64,000 nt of DNA from contig JAFLTT010000003.1 of the NCBI GenBank assembly GCA_022509165.1, forward strand, positions 92,919-156,918, in the 5' to 3' direction. How positions within the stretch are numbered: the stretch's first letter is position 1; each line of letters starts with the position of its first letter. This DNA is from Muribaculaceae bacterium. GTDB taxonomy: Bacteria; Bacteroidota; Bacteroidia; Bacteroidales; Muribaculaceae. Shown piece by piece: positions 16,200-25,659 of this stretch. Both the position numbers and the translations under genes were made by a program. The notes below the pieces were generated by a model that was not told where the DNA came from, did no database searches, and was given only the letters and a program-made list of their open reading frames with translations.

Positions 16200-19100
16200 T
16201 GGAAACCAAGGAAAAGAACTTTGAAGCAGACATAGAATCATATCTTCTTAATCAGGGAGGATATATAAAGGGTAATCAAGCCACTTACGATAAGGCAAAG
16301 GCAATTGATATGCCTGTGCTAATATCCTTCATAGAGAAGACCCAACCGAAAGTTTGGGAGCGGTATAAAAATGTCTATGGGGATAAGGCAGAGAAGCAAT
16401 TATACAATATATTCCAACAGAATGTAGATACCTACGGACTTATTTACGTATTGAGGAATGGTATCAAAGACAGAGGAATACCTATCAGATTCGCTTATTT
16501 CGCTCCCGCTTCAAATCTCAATTCTGAATTGGTAGAAAAGTACAATAGCAATATACTGACTGTTACAAGGCAATTCTCCTATTCCGAGCAAAATCACAAT
16601 ACAATTGACATGGTTATCTCATTGAATGGGATTCCCATTGTAGCAATTGAATTGAAGAACCAACTCACAAACCAATCCGTAGCCAATGCCAAAAGGCAAT
16701 TCATGGAAGACAGGGATGAAAGAGAGTTCTGTTTCCGTTTCAATAATCGTTTTCTCGTATATTTTGCCGTTGACCTATACGAAGTGGTAATGACCACTCA
16801 TTTGCAAGGCAAGAAGACTTATTTTCTTCCCTTCAATCAAGGTTCTAATGGGGCTGGTAATGTGGGTGACGGAGGAAATCCACCAAATTCCAATGGCTAT
16901 GTGACTTCTTACCTATGGGAGAAAGTATTGTCAAAAGACACATTACTCTCTATCCTTCAAAGATATATTAGCAAAGAGGTGAAAGAAAAAGTATCACTTC
17001 AAAACGGTAAACAAGTAAAGAAAAAAACAACAAGACTGATATTCCCAAGATACCACCAACTTGATGTTGTAGAAAAACTTGTAAACGAAACAAAAAACAG
17101 TAAGGAAGGCAAGAATTACCTAATCCAACATTCAGCAGGTAGTGGAAAGTCAAATTCAATCGCATGGTTGGCTTACAGATTGGCTTCATTGCATGACAAT
17201 GAGGATAAAGAGGTGTTTCAAACAGTGTTTGTTATCACCGACCGAAGGATTCTAAACCGACAACTGCAAGAGACGATATTGGGATTCGATCATTACGAAG
17301 GACAGATAGCCACAATAACGGATTCCGACAATTCTTCCGTATTAAGGGATGCTATAAACGATAAGAAAAGAATAATAATCACCACCCTTCACAGATTCCC
17401 TTTGATTTATAAGGAACTTGATAACCATAAGGGGAAGAAATTCGCAATAATAGTGGATGAAGCTCATTCAAGCCAAAGCGGAAAATCAGCGGAGAAACTG
17501 AAAGCGGCATTGGCAGATACCGAAAGTGCGGTGGCTGAAATGGCAGAGGTTTATGGAACAACCGAGGAGGAGATTCTTGATGAAATGGATGTGATGGTGG
17601 AGACACTTCTAACTCAAGGACAGCACAAGAACCAATATTTCTATGCCTTCACAGCCACTCCAAAGCCAAAGACCATACAGACTTTCGGAACTTACAAGGG
17701 TACGGATGAAGAAGGGAATCCTCAATATGAAGCCTTCCATCACTACAGCATGAGACAAGCCATAGATGAAGGTTTCATACTTGATGTGTTAGAGTTCTTT
17801 ACTCCCGTTGAGACTTCATATAAGATAGTGAAGGCGATAAAGGATAATCCAGAGTATGAAGAACCGCCAGCCACAAGAGCGATAAAGGCTTACCATGACA
17901 GCCATGAGTATGTGATTGAGCATACCGTGGAACTTATAGTAGAAAAGTTTAGGGATATAACTTTAAACAAAATGGATGGCAAAGCCAAAGCCATGGTTGT
18001 ATCACCGTCAAGGCTTCATGCAGTGAGATATTACCTTGCCATGAAGGAATATTGCAAAAAGAAAGGATATACGGATGTTAAGCCATTGGTAGCATTTTCC
18101 GATACTGTAACTCTTGATGGGAAAGAATATACCGAAGTGCAACTCAATTCCACGGACACTTATAAGATTTCAGAATCAGCACTTCCAATGTATTTCGAGA
18201 GTGATTTATATAATATTCTTATTGTAGCGGAGAAGTATCAGACTGGTTTCGATGAACCCCTATTACATACAATGTTCGTTCTAAAAGGATTGAGAGGGGT
18301 AAAAGCGGTGCAGACATTATCACGGCTTAATAGAAGTGCTAAAGGAAAAACCGACACTTTTGTATTGGATTTCGTAAATACAGCGGAAGATATTCAAGCA
18401 TCCTTCAAGCCATTCTATGAAGATACATTGCTTTCGGAACCAGTGGATGTCAATATAGTTTACAAGTATCTGAATAACTTGAAGGCTTATCATCTATGGG
18501 GAACGGAGACCGAAGAAAAGGTTTATGAAGTATTTAAGTCACAGCAGGATGATAAGGCAATGGGTAAACTTACAAGCCTTTTGAAGCCCGTATTGGATGA
18601 TTTCAATGCTCTTGATGAAGAAGACCGATTTAAGGTAAGATATTATGTAAGGGCTTTCATTCGCTTCTATGCTTTTATGGCACAGATAGAAAGGACATTT
18701 GATAAAGAACTTTTCAAGACCTATGTATTTTGTGAATATCTATTCAAGGTTTTACCAAAGAATCCTCATGAAAAAGTGGATTTGGAAAACAAATTAAGAT
18801 TGGAACACCATGTGTTCAAGGTGCAAGACACACAGAAGATAAACCTTTCCCCCACCAAAAAAGATAAGACAGTTAAGGGAGAAAACGGTGGTGACGGAAA
18901 AAAGGTTGAAGAAAAGAGGGATTTGCTTGACAATATCATTGACAAAATCAATCTGATGTATCAAGGGCAGTTCACGGAAGCCGACCGAGTAATTGTTGAG
19001 ACCATATTCGACAAAGCAAAGCAAGAGGAAAAGAAACTCAAGAAACAGGCGAAAAATTCCGATGTTAATATGTTCACCAACAACATATTCCCTAAGATAT

Positions 19101-19234
19101 TCGAACAGATAGCCCAAAAATGTTACATCGAACAGATGGATGCTTTCTCAAAACTCTTTGAAGACCAATCCTTCTATGAAAAAGTGGCTCAAGAAATGGG
19201 TAAAGCCATGTATTACGGCTTGAAAAACGAATAA
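16196..19234 (+). CDS. hsdR: Type I restriction endonuclease subunit R
   Basis: 1012 aa with Walker A 'SAGSGKS', DEAH-box 'VDEAHSSQ' and helicase motif 'QTLSRLNR'. Confidence 0.93.
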   Translation: MMETKEKNFEADIESYLLNQGGYIKGNQATYDKAKAIDMPVLISFIEKTQPKVWERYKNVYGDKAEKQLYNIFQQNVDTYGLIYVLRNGIKDRGIPIRFAYFAPASNLNSELVEKYNSNILTVTRQFSYSEQNHNTIDMVISLNGIPIVAIELKNQLTNQSVANAKRQFMEDRDEREFCFRFNNRFLVYFAVDLYEVVMTTHLQGKKTYFLPFNQGSNGAGNVGDGGNPPNSNGYVTSYLWEKVLSKDTLLSILQRYISKEVKEKVSLQNGKQVKKKTTRLIFPRYHQLDVVEKLVNETKNSKEGKNYLIQHSAGSGKSNSIAWLAYRLASLHDNEDKEVFQTVFVITDRRILNRQLQETILGFDHYEGQIATITDSDNSSVLRDAINDKKRIIITTLHRFPLIYKELDNHKGKKFAIIVDEAHSSQSGKSAEKLKAALADTESAVAEMAEVYGTTEEEILDEMDVMVETLLTQGQHKNQYFYAFTATPKPKTIQTFGTYKGTDEEGNPQYEAFHHYSMRQAIDEGFILDVLEFFTPVETSYKIVKAIKDNPEYEEPPATRAIKAYHDSHEYVIEHTVELIVEKFRDITLNKMDGKAKAMVVSPSRLHAVRYYLAMKEYCKKKGYTDVKPLVAFSDTVTLDGKEYTEVQLNSTDTYKISESALPMYFESDLYNILIVAEKYQTGFDEPLLHTMFVLKGLRGVKAVQTLSRLNRSAKGKTDTFVLDFVNTAEDIQASFKPFYEDTLLSEPVDVNIVYKYLNNLKAYHLWGTETEEKVYEVFKSQQDDKAMGKLTSLLKPVLDDFNALDEEDRFKVRYYVRAFIRFYAFMAQIERTFDKELFKTYVFCEYLFKVLPKNPHEKVDLENKLRLEHHVFKVQDTQKINLSPTKKDKTVKGENGGDGKKVEEKRDLLDNIIDKINLMYQGQFTEADRVIVETIFDKAKQEEKKLKKQAKNSDVNMFTNNIFPKIFEQIAQKCYIEQMDAFSKLFEDQSFYEKVAQEMGKAMYYGLKNE

Positions 19235-19297
19235 ATATCTATAATTACAAATTAAATAACAGATAACGAACAACGAGTATTAGATTATCTGTGTAAA

Positions 19298-19367
19298 GGT
19301 CTGATAAGCGAGGCACATTCAAATACTTTTAATGTTGGGGTCCTGGGTTCGAACCCCAGGCAGATCA
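19298..19367 (+). pseudogene. Degenerate tRNA-Lys(UUU)-like unit with a collapsed D-arm; right-hand direct repeat
   Basis: - Acceptor GGTCTGA/GCAGATC pairs at 6 of 7 positions.
- The anticodon loop is CTTTTAA.
- The T-arm CTGGG-TTCGAAC-CCCAG is perfect.
- Only 14 nt occupy the position where a 17-nt D-arm is expected. Confidence 0.55.
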
Positions 19368-19450
19368 TATAGAAATTCCAATTCGTAAATATTGAGCGGA
19401 CTGGAATTTTTCTTTTCCCGGAATTGCACAACATTTACTTAACTGATTGA

Positions 19451-19482
19451 TTTGGAAATTCATAAATTCATGCCTAATTTTG
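19451..19482 (+). promoter_or_regulatory. Consensus Bacteroides promoter (TTTG-N20-TAATTTTG)
   Basis: TTTG lies at 19451-19454 and TAATTTTG at 19475-19482, 28 nt upstream of the ATG at 19510. Confidence 0.6.
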
Positions 19483-19509
19483 TGATGATAATATTAAACA
19501 TCATAAACA

Positions 19510-19677
19510 ATGGCGAAACCTATTAGAAATACTCCCATTCTATTTGGTGAAGATGCAAGACGTTTCCGTGAGGAAATTTCCAATCTTCCACCTTTAGAAG
19601 AGAGAAGAAAAGCGAGAGAAAAAGTTAGACAAGGAGCTGAACGACTTAGAAAAAGAATAGCCGCTGTTAATGGATAA
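19510..19677 (+). CDS. 55-aa basic protein, candidate antitoxin or partner of the GNAT gene
   Basis: Manual translation gives MAKPIRNTPILFGEDARRFREEISNLPPLEERRKAREKVRQGAERLRKRIAAVNG*. It overlaps the GNAT start by 8 nt. Confidence 0.5.
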   Translation: MAKPIRNTPILFGEDARRFREEISNLPPLEERRKAREKVRQGAERLRKRIAAVNG

Positions 19678-20284
19678 TACCATTCCCTTTCAAAGGTTAA
19701 CAAAGGAAACAGAATTAAAACCATTTGATTGTGGAAATTCTGACCTAACGGACTATTTCTTCAATTCAGCTAAAAAGGATATGGAGAAATTGTTGACTGT
19801 GGTTTATTTTTATGAGGAAGAGGGAAAAACAGTTCTATTTTTCACTTTATCCAATGACAAAATTTCAGAGATAGAAATAAAGAATGGTGAACCCGTTTAT
19901 TCCAAGAGTTTCTTCAGAAGAATAAAAGATAAGTTTGGAAGAGCAAAACATCGTAGAGACTATCCTGCTGTTAAAATTGGTCGTTTTGGAGTTAACAAAG
20001 ATTTCCGAGGGAAAGGAGAACATTGGGGGTCTGACACTTTGGCCTTTATAAAAGATTGGATGGTGACCGATAATAAAACCGGATGCTGTTTTATCACAGT
20101 TGATGCTTATGCCACAGCGGTAGAATTTTATCTTAAAAATGAATTCCTTTTTATGGGAGAAAAAGAAAAATCCGGGTATGTAAAATGGCTCAAAGAAAAT
20201 CCGGATTATAAGAACAAAGAAATTGCCGGAGATATTCCAACTTTTGCCATGTATTTCAACCTATTGTCCTTAATTGATGAATAA
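19670..20284 (+). CDS. GNAT-family acetyltransferase, toxin-like (TacT/KacT-type architecture)
   Basis: 'FDCGNSDLTDYF' lies near the N-terminus. 'PAVKIGRFGVNKDFRGKGEHWG' is the acetyl-CoA motif-A region. Confidence 0.7.
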   Translation: MDNTIPFQRLTKETELKPFDCGNSDLTDYFFNSAKKDMEKLLTVVYFYEEEGKTVLFFTLSNDKISEIEIKNGEPVYSKSFFRRIKDKFGRAKHRRDYPAVKIGRFGVNKDFRGKGEHWGSDTLAFIKDWMVTDNKTGCCFITVDAYATAVEFYLKNEFLFMGEKEKSGYVKWLKENPDYKNKEIAGDIPTFAMYFNLLSLIDE

Positions 20285-20440
20285 TAAATCCTGAAAAATA
20301 ACTTCTCTTTGATTATTTTATCTATACACAAATTTATCTACGACAAAATTGACTATTTAGCTGGGATAAGTTAATATGGACTTGAGATTAGAGAAACTGT
20401 AATTGCAAAGTCAGTAATCTCTTTTTAAAAACAAAATATT

Positions 20441-21730
20441 ATGAAAAGTTTTATAATCTTAACTCTCTCTTTATTTACATTCTTTCAATTATCTGCAGAT
20501 CTGATTGTATTTAAAGATGGTAGGACTCAGGAGATCTATAATGTTGAAGAAAGCGGAAAGTGGATTCTATATACACTGTCGCCTGATCCGGATTCTGAAT
20601 TGAAAAGAGTCGAAGCCGAGTCTGTTTTTGCCATAAAGCCTGAAAACGGAGAAATGATTATGGTAGGAAATAACGACAGTCAGTCTAAATCTTTAGATAC
20701 TACACGTAAGACTGATGCAGTAAATAATTCTGAAAAGGAAGGGCCGAAATATATGGAACCAAATCCTGCGAGTGATAATTCACAAAAAATTGCGGCTTAT
20801 AATAATGTGGAGTTAAGATTAAAAAAACCAAAAAAGGAGAATGATAAAACAAAATATTGTTCCGATTTCATTTCAATATGGGGAATAGGCGAAAACTCTA
20901 TCCTGTCTGATGAAAATATAGATATCTCTTTAGAGGCATTTGAAGTAGGCAATGCAAGGAATTGGACGATTTATCCTTATTATAAAATAAAAATTACCAA
21001 TAAAACCATTAATCCTGTATACATTGATCTTGCTAATTCATTTAGAGTTAACGCCAATGGGATTTCTACACCTTATTTTACTAATTCAGTTTACACTGAA
21101 GGCACTTCCAAATCTAAAGGAAGTTCCATGAACTTAGGTGCTGTGGCGGGAGCAATGGGAGTCGGAGGAGCAATAGGAACTCTAGCAAGTGGAATTAATG
21201 TTGGTAAAGGCAGTACCAAGTCAGCTTCTATCTCCACCGAAGAACAACGGTTTTTAATGATACCCCCAATGGCTGCCATCTATATGCCTCCTATTAAATT
21301 TTCAGAAGGAGACAAAATAATTGACGAGTTCGAAGTCCTTTATTTGAGGAACAAAACTCTTTCTTCAAATCCGTTGACATCAGAAGGAGATTTGAGGAGA
21401 TTTGATGAAGTTAAACCTTATTTTCATGCTGTAGAATCTTCTGGAGGTCTGGATAAGGCTTCCTTTAACAAAGACAATATTCAGGCACCGATGGGTTGGG
21501 TGAAAGATTTCTCGGAGGAAGAAAGTCCCAAGACAATTTCCCGGTTGATCACATATTCCACAAGTCCTGACTTTGAAACTTACACCACAATTCCAATAAT
21601 CCTTTATATTCGGGGAGTCATGGGGTCAAACGAAAGATATAATGTACCCAAATTTTATGATAGAACTCACTTGGAAAGTTCAGATGATGCACATCTTTTA
21701 TGGGGTTTCGGAAGTGTGAAGAAAAACTGA
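20441..21730 (+). CDS. Secreted 429-aa protein of unknown function with a Gly/Ala-rich central segment
   Basis: Signal-like N-terminus. The internal stretch is 'GSSMNLGAVAGAMGVGGAIGTLASGINVGKGS'. Confidence 0.6.
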   Translation: MKSFIILTLSLFTFFQLSADLIVFKDGRTQEIYNVEESGKWILYTLSPDPDSELKRVEAESVFAIKPENGEMIMVGNNDSQSKSLDTTRKTDAVNNSEKEGPKYMEPNPASDNSQKIAAYNNVELRLKKPKKENDKTKYCSDFISIWGIGENSILSDENIDISLEAFEVGNARNWTIYPYYKIKITNKTINPVYIDLANSFRVNANGISTPYFTNSVYTEGTSKSKGSSMNLGAVAGAMGVGGAIGTLASGINVGKGSTKSASISTEEQRFLMIPPMAAIYMPPIKFSEGDKIIDEFEVLYLRNKTLSSNPLTSEGDLRRFDEVKPYFHAVESSGGLDKASFNKDNIQAPMGWVKDFSEEESPKTISRLITYSTSPDFETYTTIPIILYIRGVMGSNERYNVPKFYDRTHLESSDDAHLLWGFGSVKKN

Positions 21731-21777
21731 TTTAATTATTTAGAGACCGACAGATCTTTTTTCTTAGTTTAGGTATT

Positions 21778-22191
21778 ATGTGGAGTCAGAAAGAGATAAT
21801 ATTGAGGCCAAAGGAAAGAGGAATCCATTTAGTGACTAATGAAATTCTACAACAATTACCTCCCTTGCCAAATGTCGGATTACTCAATCTATTTATCAAA
21901 CATACCTCGGCTGCTTTAAGTATAAATGAAAATGCTGACCCGGATGTAAGGGTAGATATGGAATACATATTGGATAAATTAGTACCAGATACGGATCCAA
22001 ATTATGTTCATACCATGGAGGGACCGGATGATGCTTCTTCTCACTCTAAGACTTCGATTATAGGACCCTCATTGACAATTCCCATCACCAGAGGTCGTCT
22101 CAATCTCGGGACTTGGCAAGGAATTTACCTATTGGAATTCCGTGAATACAAATCAGCCCGGCACATTATCGCCACGACAACAGGTGATTAA
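21778..22191 (+). CDS. yjbQ: YjbQ/UPF0047 family protein (secondary thiamine-phosphate synthase-like)
   Basis: 'HTSAALSINENADPDV..D' and 'GPDDASSH.K.S..G.S..IPI..G.L.LGTWQGIYL.EFR' are family signatures. Confidence 0.85.
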   Translation: MWSQKEIILRPKERGIHLVTNEILQQLPPLPNVGLLNLFIKHTSAALSINENADPDVRVDMEYILDKLVPDTDPNYVHTMEGPDDASSHSKTSIIGPSLTIPITRGRLNLGTWQGIYLLEFREYKSARHIIATTTGD

Positions 22192-22276
22192 TAAATCATT
22201 GGTTTTGTGAGTTTTATAAATATAACATATCTGACTCACAAATGAATATAATTTTGGATTCATAAATTTGATATCT

Positions 22277-23182
22277 ATGACTAAAACAAAGGTTTATTTC
22301 TGCCCCCGCATTACAGCAGACAATCTAATAAAAGTTTATAAGGCTCTTGGGAGAGAAGCCAAAGGAAGAGTTGCAGTAAAAATCTCTACCGGTGAAGCAG
22401 GCAATCCCAACCATCTGAGTACTGATGTTATCAAAGGACTTGTTCATCTGGTAGATGGTACTATTGTAGAGTGTAACACAGCTTACGAAGGGAGACGCCT
22501 TAATTCTCAGGATCATCTTCAGACGGCGGCAGAACATGGTTTTACCGCAATTGCTGAGGTAAATATAATGGATGCTGAAGGAGACGTGGCACTGCCTGTA
22601 AGGAAAGGTAAACACCTCAAAGAAAATTATGTGGGGAAAAATTATTTGGATTATGACTTCACTATGGTTCTTTCCCATTTCAAGGGACATCCGATGGCAG
22701 GATTCGGAGGTGCCTTGAAAAATGTTGCTATTGGCATAGCCTCTTCAGCCGGGAAAGCTTGGATACATACAGCAGGGAAATCAAGGGAAGTACCTGTTGA
22801 CTGGGAAAATGTACCACCACAGAATGATTTTCTTGAATCAATGGCTGAGGCTTGTGAATCAGTGTTTGATCACACAGGAGACAATATTCTCTATATAAAT
22901 GTTGCCAACAACCTGTCAGTGGATTGCGACTGCTGTGCAGAACCCGAACCTATAAAGATGGAAGACATCGGCATATTCGCATCTCTTGATCCTGTGGCAG
23001 TTGACCGTGCTTGTGTTGACGCCGTTTACGCATCAAAAGACCCTGGTAAAGTCCATCTTATTGAACGTATTGAAGAACGGAACGGCACCTATCTGCTTGA
23101 CTATGCTGAAGAATTGGGCTTAGGAAGCAACGATTACGAACTTATTACAATCGAACCGGCAACACCTGATGAAGAAATCTGA
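22277..23182 (+). CDS. DUF362 domain protein
   Basis: The N-terminus 'KVYF...VAVKISTGE.GN' and a Cys-rich 'SVDCDCC' region are typical of DUF362. The track ORF starts at a TTG at 22268. Confidence 0.7.
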   Translation: MTKTKVYFCPRITADNLIKVYKALGREAKGRVAVKISTGEAGNPNHLSTDVIKGLVHLVDGTIVECNTAYEGRRLNSQDHLQTAAEHGFTAIAEVNIMDAEGDVALPVRKGKHLKENYVGKNYLDYDFTMVLSHFKGHPMAGFGGALKNVAIGIASSAGKAWIHTAGKSREVPVDWENVPPQNDFLESMAEACESVFDHTGDNILYINVANNLSVDCDCCAEPEPIKMEDIGIFASLDPVAVDRACVDAVYASKDPGKVHLIERIEERNGTYLLDYAEELGLGSNDYELITIEPATPDEEI

Positions 23183-23675
23183 CATTCAGTCTCAGGCAGT
23201 AATAATGTGCGGTATAAGTGGATCCGGAAAAACATACTTTGCCCGTCAATTAGAGAAGGAAGGCTACATACGGCTTTCAACAGATAATCTTATATGGGAA
23301 AAAGTGGGGTCTCATCTATATGAATTATCAAATGAAGATCAGAAAGAACTATTTAAACAGTGTAATCAAGAGATGAGAAGAAGACTTAGGACCCTGCTTC
23401 AATCAGGACAGAAAGTTGTTTTGGATGCTACCCATTGTAAGCGTTCTGTACGTGATGAAGTACGAAATATATGTAAAAATCTGAATTTTAACCCCCTTTT
23501 TCTATACTGCAAAGCGGATAAAGAAGAGTTGTGGCGACGACTTTCTCTCAGAAAGGGTAATAATCCTGACGACTTGTTAGTTTCTAAAGAACAATTTTCA
23601 GAATATTGGAATGGTTTTGAGCGACCTCAAGAGGATGAAACAGATTTTGTTTTTGAAGTTATTGATCTAAGGTAG
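23169..23675 (+). CDS. P-loop kinase-like ATPase (AAA_33-type)
   Basis: Walker A 'GISGSGKT'. It overlaps the upstream gene by 14 nt. Confidence 0.7.
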   Translation: MKKSDIQSQAVIMCGISGSGKTYFARQLEKEGYIRLSTDNLIWEKVGSHLYELSNEDQKELFKQCNQEMRRRLRTLLQSGQKVVLDATHCKRSVRDEVRNICKNLNFNPLFLYCKADKEELWRRLSLRKGNNPDDLLVSKEQFSEYWNGFERPQEDETDFVFEVIDLR

Positions 23676-23711
23676 GTGAATATCAAAACAATTTTAATAA
23701 CAAAATTAATT

Positions 23712-23748
23712 AAGAGGTGGCACCGTAATTTATTCGATGTCATCTCTT
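23712..23748 (+). terminator. Hairpin containing GAGGTGGCACCG (family member 1)
   Basis: AAGAGGTG...CATCTCTT arms, 37 nt after the stop at 23675. Confidence 0.5.
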
Positions 23749-24117
23749 AATGGCTTTTGAAGTATTCTTCGATGAGTCATTATATGAAATTTGATCCTAA
23801 TCCGTAGCCTTATAATAAAATTCATACCAAAATCACGGATTTTTATACCAATAATTCATATCGCCTAAATTGACAGTATTATTCAACCAAACATTCGAAT
23901 GTAGAAAGCCGGTTACAGAAGTGATTCAGGAAACGGTTTTCTTTTTTCTAACTAAATTCCGCCGTTTTTATAAAAATCGGTGCTTTCGATGAGATATGTT
24001 GACCTGAAGTAAACGGATCTCTATTATTAGGAATAGCTTTCCCTCCCCCATTGAGAAAAATCATTCTTAAAGGCTGGTGATTTAATTTCAATAAAAGATA
24101 AAGATACAAATTACATT

Positions 24118-24780
24118 TTAATCTTCTATAATTTTCCTCTTAAGAGCTTTTACAATATTGCCAATATACATGTGGTGAACTCCGGCATCAAAGTTTTCAT
24201 AAAATTTCTGAACCTCCTCACACATTCCCTCTTTTAAGAAAGGAGCTTTATAGATAGTCCTACATTCTAAGACTATAGTGGCTTCAGCGTAATATGGTGT
24301 TCCATTTTCAGTATAAAGAGTATGGAGACCTAAATGAGGCGCCTTGTCACCGTCTCTACCGGAATGAGTTCCCATATATCCAAGGATCCTCGCATCTTCT
24401 TTGTCAAAAGCCATCACGGTGAAATAGTCATATTGTTCCATAAATTCATAGGTGTATCTCCCCTCAGCTACATAAACAGTAACTGTGGCCGGACCTATTT
24501 TACTCCAAACATTCCCTAAAGATCCCCAACCAATGGTCATTGCGTTATTATGTTCCGGAGTTCCTACCGCCAATAATAGACCTTGACCTTTAAACCAGTC
24601 AAAAGGATTTTCATTCCACTCGTCAACCACATTGAATTCTTCGAATTCCCCGATAGGAGCAAGCTGAGCTTTACCGGCGATTTCTTGTTCTTGAGTCTCT
24701 GCTTTTTGCGAATTTGATGAACATGCTGCCATCAAACAAACTGTAAATAATAAAGTCAAATTAATAATCTTTTTCATCAT
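24118..24780 (-). CDS. Flavin reductase-like (FMN-binding split-barrel) protein with a lipoprotein signal
   Basis: 'NAMTIGWGSLGNVW...ATVYV...RYTYEFM...DYFTV' is flavin-reductase-like. The N-terminal lipobox is 'MAACS'. Confidence 0.6.
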   Translation of the reverse strand: MMKKIINLTLLFTVCLMAACSSNSQKAETQEQEIAGKAQLAPIGEFEEFNVVDEWNENPFDWFKGQGLLLAVGTPEHNNAMTIGWGSLGNVWSKIGPATVTVYVAEGRYTYEFMEQYDYFTVMAFDKEDARILGYMGTHSGRDGDKAPHLGLHTLYTENGTPYYAEATIVLECRTIYKAPFLKEGMCEEVQKFYENFDAGVHHMYIGNIVKALKRKIIED

Positions 24781-25139
24781 TGCTTTTGTTTTCTAAATTT
24801 CTTTTCAAAAAGATCCATATGTTCCTTTCCCCATTCCATCATGGAGTCAATAATGGGTAGTAAAGATTTCCCTAAATGGGTTATCTTATATTCCGACCTG
24901 GGCGGAAGTTCCGGATAAATCTTCTTATCCACAAGCCCGTCAGCTACCATTTCCTTTAACGAGATATCCAAGACACGTGGGGCGGATTCAGGCAATAGTT
25001 TATGTATATCACTGGGTCTTCTGGGATTTCCGTCTCGAAGTTCGTCAAGAATACAAGATTTCCATTTAGATTCTATCAAACTCATTGTCAACCTTAGAGG
25101 ACAATCAAGATCAACCGGTATTTTCTTTTCGTAGGCCAT
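24777..25139 (-). CDS. HxlR-family transcriptional regulator
   Basis: 'CPL..T..LI..KWK..IL..L' and 'L....V.DGLV.....PE.PPR.EY..T..G..L' form the HxlR signature. Confidence 0.88.
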   Translation of the reverse strand: MAYEKKIPVDLDCPLRLTMSLIESKWKSCILDELRDGNPRRPSDIHKLLPESAPRVLDISLKEMVADGLVDKKIYPELPPRSEYKITHLGKSLLPIIDSMMEWGKEHMDLFEKKFRKQKQ

Positions 25140-25275
25140 AATTAAATTTTACTACAAAGATAAAGATTACTATCCATTCAGTCCATATCGAAAAATTTTT
25201 CCTATACCGAAAAATTTTTCGGTACTTGACAATATTTTTTTACCTTCTTAATTTTGCATACAAAATTTTTTCAAA

Positions 25276-25659
25276 ATGAGAGACAAAATTAAGGAATATG
25301 ATGAGGTTGCCAAGGCAGCTGAAAATTTCGTGAGGACAGTTGCAGAAGGCAACAGCGAACATGCAAGGAAACTTTTCACAGATGATGCCGTGCTTTTTGG
25401 GATTTTGGATGGCGAACTGGAGCATGGTTCTATCGAACAGTTCTACAGGAATTGTGACACAATTGGAGGAGATCCCAATTTCAAGGCAAGAATAGATGTA
25501 ATTGCGGTAGAAGAAACAGTTGCAGTGGTAAGAGTGCTTGAAGAAAATTGGGGTAACAGGATAGATTTCACAGATTTCTTGCTACTTCTGAAACTCAATG
25601 GAGAATGGAAATGTGTGGCAAAAGCCTATAACCAAAATTCCAATACCATAAAGAAATGA
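25276..25659 (+). CDS. NTF2-like (SnoaL/lumazine-binding-type) protein
   Basis: ~127 aa. The pattern 'F..DA.L.G......G.I..F' and the C-terminal 'NGEWK.V.K' resemble NTF2-fold proteins. Confidence 0.6.
   Translation: MRDKIKEYDEVAKAAENFVRTVAEGNSEHARKLFTDDAVLFGILDGELEHGSIEQFYRNCDTIGGDPNFKARIDVIAVEETVAVVRVLEENWGNRIDFTDFLLLLKLNGEWKCVAKAYNQNSNTIKK

Larger units (their letters stand above)
11772..19324 (+). mobile_element. Type I R-M genomic islet bracketed by tRNA-Lys 3'-half direct repeats; no integrase
   Basis: 43-nt direct repeats at 11729-11771 and 19325-19367 match at 41/43 positions. The content is a single defence operon. Confidence 0.5.

Noticed and set aside
23676-24117. I examined the 440-bp gene-free gap for a hidden small gene or ncRNA.
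   Set aside because: Apart from the terminator-like hairpin at 23712-23748, I could not find a convincing ORF, a promoter plus structure combination, or a repeat. It is probably decayed spacer.
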